Of a stretch of DNA of 44,059 nt, positions 17,409 through 26,631 are shown one piece after another (position 1 is the first letter of the stretch; each line of letters starts with the position of its first letter). Below the pieces are notes generated by a model. That model did not search any database. It worked only from the letters and a program-made list of their open reading frames with translations, and had not been told where the DNA came from. A program made the position numbers and the translations under genes. The stretch is from NCBI GenBank assembly GCA_029907285.1, contig JARYMD010000001.1:1-44059 (forward strand), written 5' to 3'. This DNA is from Verrucomicrobiota bacterium. GTDB taxonomy: Bacteria > Verrucomicrobiota > Verrucomicrobiia > Limisphaerales > J093.

Positions 17409-18833
17409 ATGCCCAGACAGATAACAATCGATCCTGTAACACGCATCGAAGGCCACGCCAAAATCACAATCCAACTCGATGAGGCTGGCAACGTCGATAA
17501 TGTACGATTTCATGTTGTTGAGTTTCGGGGTTTTGAACGATTTTGCGAAGGCCGACCCTTCGCCGAAATGCCCGGCATCACAGCACGCATTTGCGGCATC
17601 TGCCCGGTGAGCCATCTGCTCGCTTCAGCCAAAGCGTGTGACCGCATACTTTCGGTAGATATTCCGCCTGCAGCCGAGAAGCTGCGGCGCATGATGAACC
17701 TCGGACAGATAATACAATCCCACGCATTGAGTTTCTTTCACCTGAGCGCACCCGATTTCCTGCTGGGATGGGAACAACCTCCCGAACGGCGAAATCTGTT
17801 CGGGCTCGTGGCCGCAGAACCCGAGTTGGCGCGGCGTGGAATAAGGCTTCGCCAGTTTGGCCAGGAGGTCATCGAGACCTTGGGCGGCCGCAAGATTCAC
17901 CCGGCATGGGCAGTGCCGGGCGGAGTAAGGAACGCGCTTACCCCGGCCGGACGCGACGCGCTCAAGGCGCGTTTGCCAGAAGCAAAGGAATCGGCCCTGA
18001 TGGCCCTCGAGCGTTTCAAGAAGGTCCTCAGCACGCACAAGCAGGAACTGCAGGTGTTCGGCAATTTTCCAAGCCTGTTTCTTGGCTTGGTCACCCCAAA
18101 CGGAACATGGGAGCATTACGACGGCCACCTCTGCGTGATGGACAGCGTCGGGAACGTGATATGCGACTTTGCTGATCCAGCGCAGTACGGCAGCATCATC
18201 GGCGAAGCCGTCGAAACTTCATCGTACCTGAAATCTCCGTACTACAAACCGCTCGGTTATCCCGGCGGCATGTACCGGGTCGGCCCCTTGGCGCGGCTGA
18301 ACATTGCCCGGCAGATGGGCACTCCACTGGCGGACAAGGAACTGTCGCATTTCAAGACCCTTGGCTGTGGTGCAGTCAATGCGTCGTTCATGTACCATTA
18401 TGCGCGTTTGATCGAAATTGTTGCGTGCATTGAACGCCTTGAAGGAATGCTGGATGATTCTGATCTTCTGGGCACCCGGTTGCGAGCCGACGCAGGCGTC
18501 AATTCGCTCGAGGGCATCGGCGTGAGCGAAGCCCCACGCGGCACATTGTTCCATCACTATAACGTGGACGAAAAAGGCGTCGTGAGGAAAGTCAACCTGA
18601 TCATCGCCACCGGCCAAAACAACCTCGCCATGAACCGGACAGTCGCACAAATAGCGCGTCATTACCTGACCGGCTCCACTATTTCCGAGCCAATGCTGAA
18701 CCGAATCGAAGCCGGCATCCGCGCCTTTGATCCATGCCTGAGCTGTTCGACGCACGCCGACGGCCGAATTGCGCTGGGGGTTGTTTTGTTGGATGCAACG
18801 GGGAAGGTCTTGGACGAGGCAAACCGGCTGTGA
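17409..18833 (+). CDS. hoxH: NiFe hydrogenase large subunit HoxH
   Basis: It shows [10 protein letters not shown], the N-terminal Ni-Fe ligand motif [10 protein letters not shown], and the C-terminal motif [10 protein letters not shown] 25-aa tail follows the His, consistent with proteolytic maturation. Confidence 0.93.
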   Translation: MPRQITIDPVTRIEGHAKITIQLDEAGNVDNVRFHVVEFRGFERFCEGRPFAEMPGITARICGICPVSHLLASAKACDRILSVDIPPAAEKLRRMMNLGQIIQSHALSFFHLSAPDFLLGWEQPPERRNLFGLVAAEPELARRGIRLRQFGQEVIETLGGRKIHPAWAVPGGVRNALTPAGRDALKARLPEAKESALMALERFKKVLSTHKQELQVFGNFPSLFLGLVTPNGTWEHYDGHLCVMDSVGNVICDFADPAQYGSIIGEAVETSSYLKSPYYKPLGYPGGMYRVGPLARLNIARQMGTPLADKELSHFKTLGCGAVNASFMYHYARLIEIVACIERLEGMLDDSDLLGTRLRADAGVNSLEGIGVSEAPRGTLFHHYNVDEKGVVRKVNLIIATGQNNLAMNRTVAQIARHYLTGSTISEPMLNRIEAGIRAFDPCLSCSTHADGRIALGVVLLDATGKVLDEANRL

Positions 18834-18835
18834 CC

Positions 18836-19327
18836 ATGACGCAAGACCGCGCCGCACAGGAGCAGGTTCTACTCGTCGGTTACGGAAATGAATTGCGCGG
18901 CGACGACGCCGTTGGGCTCCACGTGGGACGATCAATCGAGGCTTTGCGCCTTCCTGGAGTGCAGGTCCATCTCTGTCCACAACTGACACCTGAACTGGCA
19001 GAGTTGCTTGCGGGGGCGAAAACGGTCGTTTTTGCAGACGCTGCTGCTTCGGGCCGACCCGGCACAGTTGAATTGTGTCCCCTCTCACATCGGCCGGAAT
19101 CGGCCTCATTCCATCACGCACTCTCGCCGGGCGCACTCGTGCAGTTGTGTGAAGCTGCCTTCGGGCATCGTCCCGACGCTTTCATTTTGCGAATTCACAT
19201 CTCACGGTGCGACTTTGGTGTCGAGCTCAGCGGTGAGGCGCAACAGGGCGTTGCAAGAGCTGTGGCCTTGTTCACGGAATTCTGTTCCGTTAGCTCCATG
19301 CGCGAAATGCGAAAGTCTTTCTCCTGA
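18836..19327 (+). CDS. hoxW: Hydrogenase maturation endopeptidase HoxW (HyaD/HybD family)
   Basis: The ATG lies 2 nt after the hoxH stop. VGYGNELRGDDAVG matches the GxGNxxxxDDGxG protease motif, and the size is about 163 aa. The ORF track version (18734) extends into hoxH. Confidence 0.85.
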   Translation: MTQDRAAQEQVLLVGYGNELRGDDAVGLHVGRSIEALRLPGVQVHLCPQLTPELAELLAGAKTVVFADAAASGRPGTVELCPLSHRPESASFHHALSPGALVQLCEAAFGHRPDAFILRIHISRCDFGVELSGEAQQGVARAVALFTEFCSVSSMREMRKSFS

Positions 19328-19381
19328 TTACGGCGTGCCGGGGACGCCGCGATCATTCGGTTGCGGCTGCGCGGCACTGCG

Positions 19382-20188
19382 TTACGTGTCGGTTGGAGTG
19401 TCGTCCCAATTGTTATCGGGCGCATATCCGCACAACCAATTGAGAGCGAAATGGCGTTCCCTCGTTATCGAAGCAACCTCGTTCCATTCCGCCCGGGTCA
19501 GATTCCGGTATGCTTTGCCTTTGGCCGGGAGGTCATCTTCGATGCAAGAAGGAATAAGGCCCGCCAGTGCGCCATTGAGAGCCTCCAGCCGGACGACGTC
19601 GTCAAAGCTGCAAAGTCCTGCTGCCTTCAACTGGCGGTCGTCGGGAAATGTGTCACCCCGCTCAATCAACTCTCTGGTGCGGCTGCGCCAGTGCCAGAAC
19701 TCGGCGATCTCACGCGCGCGATCGATATCTTCACGCGGCCGGAGTTGGGCTGACTTAATGAATGTGGTTGGATCGTCAGACGGTATCAGCTTGAGGAGCT
19801 CGGGGCTGGCCTCCATGTCGAAACCCAGCAGTTCCGGTATCATGCCAAGCGCCCATAACATGACGTGGACTGCTTCCAATCGCCAAGACGCGTCAATCTG
19901 CTGTTGCTCGGTCAGAGTGACGATTGTGGATTCAGAGAATGTTTTCTCGGAAGGGGACATGTGCTCCCACAGTCCGGTCTCGCGTAGGCCCGCCCAGAAC
20001 TCGTCGCGCATGGCCTCGCACCGCTGCTCAAACTCGTCTTTCTCAGAATCGCCCCATTGAGCGATCATTTCTCGGGGCACGTCGCGTGTCGGGGCGACCA
20101 TCGACCATGTCACAACGTGCTTGAGCACGACCGTTCGCCGGGCAACGTCAGCCGCTGTCGGCCGTGAGTCTTGCTTTTTTGATGACAT
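19382..20188 (-). CDS. DUF4272-like hypothetical protein
   Basis: This is a well-behaved acidic ORF containing WRLEAVHVMLWALGMIPEL, AEFWHWRSRT and ERHFALNWLCGY..WDDTPTDT, which I recognise as DUF4272-like. I chose the ATG at 20188 (MSSKKQD...); the ORF track start at 20293 is also possible. Confidence 0.6.
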   Translation of the reverse strand: MSSKKQDSRPTAADVARRTVVLKHVVTWSMVAPTRDVPREMIAQWGDSEKDEFEQRCEAMRDEFWAGLRETGLWEHMSPSEKTFSESTIVTLTEQQQIDASWRLEAVHVMLWALGMIPELLGFDMEASPELLKLIPSDDPTTFIKSAQLRPREDIDRAREIAEFWHWRSRTRELIERGDTFPDDRQLKAAGLCSFDDVVRLEALNGALAGLIPSCIEDDLPAKGKAYRNLTRAEWNEVASITRERHFALNWLCGYAPDNNWDDTPTDT

Positions 20189-20401
20189 AAAACAAATAAG
20201 CTGACGGTTGGACCCGTCGGCCCTTCGGCGTGGCGCATGTTTGGCCATTGTTGCCTGCCCCCCGGGCTTGCTGATCGCCGGCCAACGGATCATTCAGACA
20301 ACTGCCAGTCTCGCCCAAGGCGCCGATGCGGTCAACTCCTCCGTATCCGCTTCCCTGGCCGCCAGTAAGGCGGTCACCACGGTGCATCCTTTCGAAGACG
20401 C

Positions 20402-20778
20402 AAATAGAGTGCCAGGCACTTTGTTTGGGTGTGGACCCAAATAGAGTGCCAGGCACTTTGTTTGGGTTGCGTTTAAGCAATAGAATGACAGACACACCAT
20501 GTCCCCAGGCAGTTCACACCCAGCCCCGGAGGGGCGGCATCAAACCCGCCGCGGGCGTGGCATCGCCCAAAGTGCGGGACGACCGATCGCTGCCACAGTT
20601 CCGCGTTTAAGCGGAAATGAACAACTCTATGCAAGGGTTCATGCACGGCATGGCTCGCTGTCCCCAGCGAGCCGGATTGAGGGCATGTGCTGAGGCATTC
20701 GGCGCGCCGGGGACGGCGCGCCCTACCGTTGATGAAATCTTGCGTAAGCGAAAACAACGTGCCTGACACCATATTTGC
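20402..20778. repeat. Intergenic mosaic of short hairpin repeats: A-A doublet plus modules E, F, C, B, D, A
   Basis: The A units are 20402-20429 and 20439-20466. E' is 20549-20589, matching 40 of 41 nt of the reverse complement of 7701-7741. F is 20598-20614, C' is 20629-20645, B' is 20652-20674, D' is 20701-20727, and A' is 20752-20778. Confidence 0.8.
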
Positions 20779-20950
20779 GTCTTTGTCGGCTGTGCGTCGG
20801 TGGGACGGGGCAGGTACTGAATCAATTCATTTGCCGGCGGATTGATTTCCGAGGGGGGAAGCGGTCGCTGAGCGGCCACATTTGAGCGAGGCGGGGAAGG
20901 CGGCGAGAGCGGGGATCACCAGTTGGACGTCATGGCACCGCATGCTTGAT

Positions 20951-20975
20951 CGGTCTGAGGCGGAGCCTCGCTAAC
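20951..20975 (-). repeat. Family G repeat, reverse orientation
   Basis: The sequence cggtctgaggcggagcctcgctaac is the exact reverse complement of gttagcgaggctccgcctcagaccg at 31185-31209. Confidence 0.7.
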
Positions 20976-21053
20976 GGCACCGTGACAAACGGCAAACCGG
21001 GTGTTTTGTCCGGTTGGGTTTGCAATCACGGCCATATTGGTTACGTTTGGTTT

Positions 21054-22250
21054 ATGCGCACAGAGGTCTATGACCACGCGGTGGCGGGGCACTGGGACGG
21101 AGCGTTCGACGAGAACGGATTCCAATACTGGGTGGAAGGATTGCGGGAGCATCTCAATCGGCCCGCGGTGGACCTTGGTTTGGTGTTCATGAGCACGGCC
21201 TATCGCAGGCACGCAGCCGCAGTTCTGGAAATCCTTCGCGTTCACGGTCACATTCGGCTTCTGGCCGGATGCTCGGGTGCGAGACTGATTTCAGGCTCGG
21301 AGGAAATCGAAGACAAGCCGGGCGTGGTTGTTGGGCTCCATAATTTGCCTGGAGCGGAATTGAAGGCGTGCCGTTTTGTTCAGGCCCAGGTTGAAGAATG
21401 CGAAGGCGAGGATTACTGGCGTGGCCAAACAGGCGTTGAGCCCGATGAAACAAACGGCTGGCTGGTGTTCGCGGACCCGTTCACTTTGGATTCCGAGACA
21501 TGGCTTGCACAATGGAACAGGGCGTTTTTTCCCGTGCCGACCGTTGGCGGGCTCGCGAGCGGTGGCGACCAGCAAACTGGCACGCAAGTGTATTTGAATG
21601 GGGCAGTGTACGATGAAGGAGGAGTTGCGGTTTCGGTGGGCGGCGGAGTGCGGATCGAGGCTCTTATATCTCAAGCCTGCACGCCAATTGGCCAACCATG
21701 GACAATCACCAAGGCCGATGGCAATTACATCCTTCAGATTGGCAATCGCCCGGCGTATCAGGTTCTTGTGGAGACTTTCAATGCGCTGCCACGCGAACAA
21801 AAAAAGCTGGCTGAGGGCAATCTGCTCGTCGGGTTTGTTGCCGACGAATACAAGGACGAATACTGCCGGGGCGATTTCCTTGTCCGCAATCTGCTGGGGG
21901 GCGACCCGCAATCGGGTGTGATTGCTGTGGGCGCAAGAGTGCGGCCGGGACAGTCTTTGCAGTTCCAGTGCCGTGATCCGGTGGCAGCAAGCGCGGACAT
22001 GAACGCTCTGTTGCAACGTGCCCGGCATCGTTTGGGTGACACCGAAGTTTATGGTGCGTGCCTTTTCAGTTGTGCCGGGCGTGGCAGCGAGTTTTTCGGG
22101 TTCAACAACCACGACGCCAGCCTTGTTCAGCAGCACCTTGGGCCTGTCGCGCTGACAGGATTCTTCTGCAATGGAGAAATCGGCCCGGTCAGCGGCCGTG
22201 CCTGTTTGCATGGGTACAGTGCTTCCCTTGCATTATTTGCGCAGCAGTGA
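21054..22250 (+). CDS. FIST-domain signal-sensing protein (FIST_N + FIST_C)
   Basis: The architecture is typical of FIST proteins: DLGLVFMS..., GGLASGG, RPAYQVL, GACLFSCAGRG and FFCNGEIGP. I used the ATG at 21054 because the longer ORF-track start (20946) would translate through a dispersed repeat copy. Confidence 0.8.
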   Translation: MRTEVYDHAVAGHWDGAFDENGFQYWVEGLREHLNRPAVDLGLVFMSTAYRRHAAAVLEILRVHGHIRLLAGCSGARLISGSEEIEDKPGVVVGLHNLPGAELKACRFVQAQVEECEGEDYWRGQTGVEPDETNGWLVFADPFTLDSETWLAQWNRAFFPVPTVGGLASGGDQQTGTQVYLNGAVYDEGGVAVSVGGGVRIEALISQACTPIGQPWTITKADGNYILQIGNRPAYQVLVETFNALPREQKKLAEGNLLVGFVADEYKDEYCRGDFLVRNLLGGDPQSGVIAVGARVRPGQSLQFQCRDPVAASADMNALLQRARHRLGDTEVYGACLFSCAGRGSEFFGFNNHDASLVQQHLGPVALTGFFCNGEIGPVSGRACLHGYSASLALFAQQ

Positions 22251-22981
22251 ACGACCAGGTTCATCCCACCCGATCCAACGCGGAAAGCTTGATCTTCGAG
22301 CTGAAGTCGCTCGTCGAAAGGTTCGATTTCCGCTCCTGGTTCCCCAAAGACCAACCGGTGGAAGTCGAGCTCGGCAGCGGTGATTCCGGGTTCATAGTCG
22401 AGCGCGCACGGTTGAATCCTGGTCGAAACTTTGTTGGGGTTGAGCGATTGCTGGGCCGGCTCCGCAAGCTGGACCGCAAAGGGCGGCGTCTAGGGCTGAC
22501 AAATCTGCGAGGGGTGCGAATTGAGGCCGCATATTGCCTCGAGTATTTGCTCCCGCTGGGAAAGGTTGAGTGTCTGCACGTGTATTTTCCCGACCCATGG
22601 CCAAAACGCCGCCATCGGCACCGACGCCTTGTCAACGAACGGTTCCCTTCCCTTGCAAGGCGGGTTTTGGTGCCGGGCGGGCGCATTTATCTGCGCACCG
22701 ATGACACGGACTATCTCGAACAGATGCGGTCCGTGTTTGCTGCCAACGCTGAATTCAGGGAATGCGAAACGCCCGATGACATCGCCCATATGACAACTGA
22801 GTTCGAGCGCGAGTTTTTGGCTGCGGGCAAACGGGTTTGGCGCCTTGCCTACCAGTGCATCTCAAATGTCGATCACAGGACCGTTTCCACCATCTCTGTC
22901 AACAGGGCGGCCGTGTCGTCCGCGCCTCTGCCAAATGATCCTGCTGCGGGTCCTTCCAGTGAGAAGGTTCACTCCAAGTGA
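22247..22981 (+). CDS. trmB: tRNA (guanine46-N7)-methyltransferase TrmB
   Basis: It carries VELGSGDSGF (SAM-binding loop), HVYFPDPWPKRRHRHRRL (the TrmB signature FPDPWxKxRHxKRR) and TEFEREF. No ATG is available. The in-frame GTG at 22247 overlaps the FIST stop as GTGA. Confidence 0.8.
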   Translation: MNDQVHPTRSNAESLIFELKSLVERFDFRSWFPKDQPVEVELGSGDSGFIVERARLNPGRNFVGVERLLGRLRKLDRKGRRLGLTNLRGVRIEAAYCLEYLLPLGKVECLHVYFPDPWPKRRHRHRRLVNERFPSLARRVLVPGGRIYLRTDDTDYLEQMRSVFAANAEFRECETPDDIAHMTTEFEREFLAAGKRVWRLAYQCISNVDHRTVSTISVNRAAVSSAPLPNDPAAGPSSEKVHSK

Positions 22982-23290
22982 AACAAGGCTGATCACAAGC
23001 CCGCCCCAGAACGCCGCGCCAAAGGTCTCGACATGGAACGTGCGAACCAGTTGCCCAACTGCGTATAGCAGCAATGCGTTGATCAGCAGAACAAACAGCC
23101 CAAGAGTGTAAACAACCAGCGGCAGAGAAATAAGGAGCATTATTGGCCGGACAAATGCGTTCAGCAGCCCCAGCAACAGAGATGCAACCGCCACACCCGC
23201 AAAAGTGTCGTAGCCAATTCCCGGCACAATATTGGCAGCCACCAAAACCGCCAGTGTTGTGACTATCCAGCGCTGAAAAAAAGATGTCAT
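22862..23290 (-). CDS. Phage-holin-superfamily-IV-like (DUF360) small membrane protein
   Basis: From the ATG at 23290 the sequence reads MTSFFQRWIVTTLAVLVAANIVPGI...LLGLLNAFVRPIMLLISLPLVVYTLGLFVLLINALLLY, a four-TM pattern typical of this family. The ORF-track N-terminal extension to 23548 is basic junk. Confidence 0.7.
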   Translation of the reverse strand: MTSFFQRWIVTTLAVLVAANIVPGIGYDTFAGVAVASLLLGLLNAFVRPIMLLISLPLVVYTLGLFVLLINALLLYAVGQLVRTFHVETFGAAFWGGLVISLVSLGVNLLTGRTRSRIIWQRRGRHGRPVDRDGGNGPVIDI

Positions 23291-23543
23291 GCGAAGACTC
23301 CCGGCAACAGGCAAACGCCCCGGCTTGAAACCATCGCCAATACCATAGACCCCGGCCGTCCCGGACACAAGCTCCTGATCGAAGAAGAATCCATGGCAGC
23401 CGAATGCGGGCAGGTGAATGAGCACTGCCTGTCGGCCTTCGCATGCCCGATTCCGGTGTCGTCGCCGAAGACGTTTCGTGCGGCCCAATGTGCGGCGTTT
23501 CCGGACCCGCGTGGCCAGCAAGCCTCCGACCGATGAGACAACG

Positions 23544-23606
23544 TACAATGTGCCGGGCTCGATGTTCCTCCGTCTGATTAAACAATGTGCCAGGCACGAT
23601 GTTTTT
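23544..23606 (+). repeat. Diverged family A doublet
   Basis: The two units are tacaatgtgccgggctcgatgttcc (23544-23568) and aaacaatgtgccaggcacgatgttttt (23580-23606). Unit-to-unit spacing is 37 nt, the same as in the two other doublets. Confidence 0.6.
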
Positions 23607-23651
23607 GTGGTGTGTTCCGGCAGATTTCGGTGTGCCGGCGAGGTTCCCGGG

Positions 23652-24005
23652 CTAAAGCGGTTTGAGCACCTTCAGTTTTGCCAGAATCAGAATCAGCGCC
23701 GTATATGCGAGGGCCACGGCGATGTCCTTGGCGATTTCCTTGCGCGAAAAGGCGGGTTTTGATCCTGTGGCCAATTCAGTTGCGCCGCGCCTGAGGAGTA
23801 TCAGGCCCACCACGTTGGTCATCCAATAGCCCGCGACAAAAGCTGCTGTGAACGCTTTTGGCCAGACGGCGCCAACCAGCCATGCAAACCCGAGTGCCAG
23901 TGGGACGTTGACGAACAGATCGTTCCACCACGACAGCGGCGAGAGCATGAAACCAATCGATGCGATCAAACCGCTCCTGAATATGCGCTTCCATCTTGTC
24001 CCCAT
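23652..24005 (-). CDS. Hypothetical small integral membrane protein
   Basis: This 117-aa ORF has three hydrophobic segments (GLIASIGFMLSPLSWW, PLALGFAWLVGAVW, VALAYTALILILA). It starts 3 nt after the stop of the upstream gene. I did not recognise a family. Confidence 0.55.
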   Translation of the reverse strand: MGTRWKRIFRSGLIASIGFMLSPLSWWNDLFVNVPLALGFAWLVGAVWPKAFTAAFVAGYWMTNVVGLILLRRGATELATGSKPAFSRKEIAKDIAVALAYTALILILAKLKVLKPL

Positions 24006-24008
24006 GGC

Positions 24009-24407
24009 CTACGCGCGCCTTGCCTGTTTCACCTGGAGAGGAATTGCAGCGAGAAGCTGATCGCCAAGCGTAATGTTGATTGCGTAATGCCCCTCGCGCG
24101 AGAACTGCAGATGCTGAATGTTGACGATGAAGTTGCGGGAAAGCTGGAAAGCGTCCGGTGGGATTACGACCTCGAAAGGTATCTCGACGGGCATCATTAT
24201 TGGTTTGCCATCTTCGTCCACGAAGCACAACCGCAGCATGTGCTTCCCCTCGTCGCCGCGGTCGAATACCACTCGGAGCGCGACTGCACAGTGCGGGTGC
24301 ACCGCCGGCAGTCCGCCAACGATGATCGTGTCGAAAGTCCCCAACAGATTGAGTTTGCCGCCGTAATCTGTGGCAGCGTCGCACAACACAGCTATTTGAA
24401 GGTTCAT
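24009..24407 (-). CDS. Hypothetical soluble all-beta protein (possibly DUF6941-like)
   Basis: This is a 132-aa ORF. The pattern A-x-DA-..-GGKLNLLG-..-FP-AVHP followed by an EG-H-L-x-..-DEDGK block resembles a small uncharacterised family. The identification is from memory only. Confidence 0.6.
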   Translation of the reverse strand: MNLQIAVLCDAATDYGGKLNLLGTFDTIIVGGLPAVHPHCAVALRVVFDRGDEGKHMLRLCFVDEDGKPIMMPVEIPFEVVIPPDAFQLSRNFIVNIQHLQFSREGHYAINITLGDQLLAAIPLQVKQARRA

Positions 24408-24465
24408 GGAACAGTTTTGGGACCAAGTTGAACATCAAACTGCCAATTGTTGGCGTCACTGCCCA

Positions 24466-24505
24466 GTAAAATAATTAGGGCCGGGTTGATGAACAAGCCC
24501 GGCCC
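24466..24505 (-). terminator. Candidate intrinsic terminator downstream of gdhA
   Basis: On the minus strand, GGGCCGGG-cttgttcatcaa-CCCGGCCC forms an 8-bp GC stem (24478-24505) and is followed by TAATTATTTTA. It lies 43 nt after the gdhA stop. Confidence 0.5.
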
Positions 24506-24547
24506 CATCGATTCGTGCCCGTCAGAGCAATCCGCTGATCAGACCGA

Positions 24548-25972
<1,425 letters not shown>

Positions 25973-26038
25973 TCATGACGCCGCAGGCGGCGCATGCTCG
26001 AGCAACTGCTTCGGCATTGAACCGTGGCATGTTGCATG

Positions 26039-26052
26039 AATCGATATCGATT
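26039..26052. promoter_or_regulatory. Perfect 14-bp palindrome AATCGATATCGATT; candidate operator in the gdhA upstream region
   Basis: The palindrome is read directly from the sequence. It lies 154 nt upstream of the gdhA ATG inside a long ORF-free divergent region. Confidence 0.3.
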
Positions 26053-26535
26053 GGACCACGCCGAGTGAATTAAGTCTATCGAATTATTATCATTAAGATA
26101 AGCTATAAGTCCGAATTTATGTTGGTGACCGCCATGAAGCAGTGCTCATGACCGGTGTGGCTGGAACCTAGAACTGTCAAGGCGCCACCATGCCGCCCGG
26201 AGTTTCGGAGTTTCGGAGCTTCAAGGTTTCCGGCTGTCAACGCGCTGCTGGGCCTGTGATACCTCTGCTGTTCGACAGCCTGCAGGGCAATCATACCGTC
26301 TCCGGCGGAACGCTGAGACCTCGTCGCTCGTCGGCCGACGGACGAAACACTTCCTGATGGTCCATTCCGGTGAAATCTGCGGGCTCACGATGCGTTTATT
26401 GATGTTCGAGTGGGGTGCGGCACGCTGGGGGTGACACATAACAAGACGACGCAACAGCTCTTCAGCCGGACGGGGTTGGGAAGGGTTTGGGAGTGTCACC
26501 GGTGCAACCTGTTGAAATATTAGACGTAATTTTGT

Positions 26536-26563
26536 TTGACAATCGAAGTTATTATGCTAGATA
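26536..26563 (+). promoter_or_regulatory. Candidate sigma70-type promoter for the PEP-CTERM gene
   Basis: TTGACA (26536-26541), a 16-nt spacer, then TAGATA (26558-26563). This sits in a local AT-rich patch 30-70 nt upstream of the candidate starts. Confidence 0.3.
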
Positions 26564-26631
26564 AGCTCGCCCGCGCGCCTCCAGAGCCGGTCTGAGTGCG
26601 GCGGATGGTGGCAGCGACAGGGTCGGGATAC

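Noticed and set aside
18740-18770. Possibility of a selenocysteine (NiFeSe) hydrogenase
   Set aside because: The C-terminal ligand motif reads DPCLSCSTH with ordinary Cys codons. There is no in-frame TGA.
19008-20060. 350-aa plus-strand ORF
   Set aside because: It is a Ser/Arg-rich antisense shadow of the DUF4272-like gene, and its 5' part overlaps hoxW in another frame.
23291-23548. N-terminal extension of ORF 22862-23548
   Set aside because: The extension is basic and low complexity and runs through the family A repeat doublet region. DUF360 proteins start at the first TM segment (MTSFFQRW).
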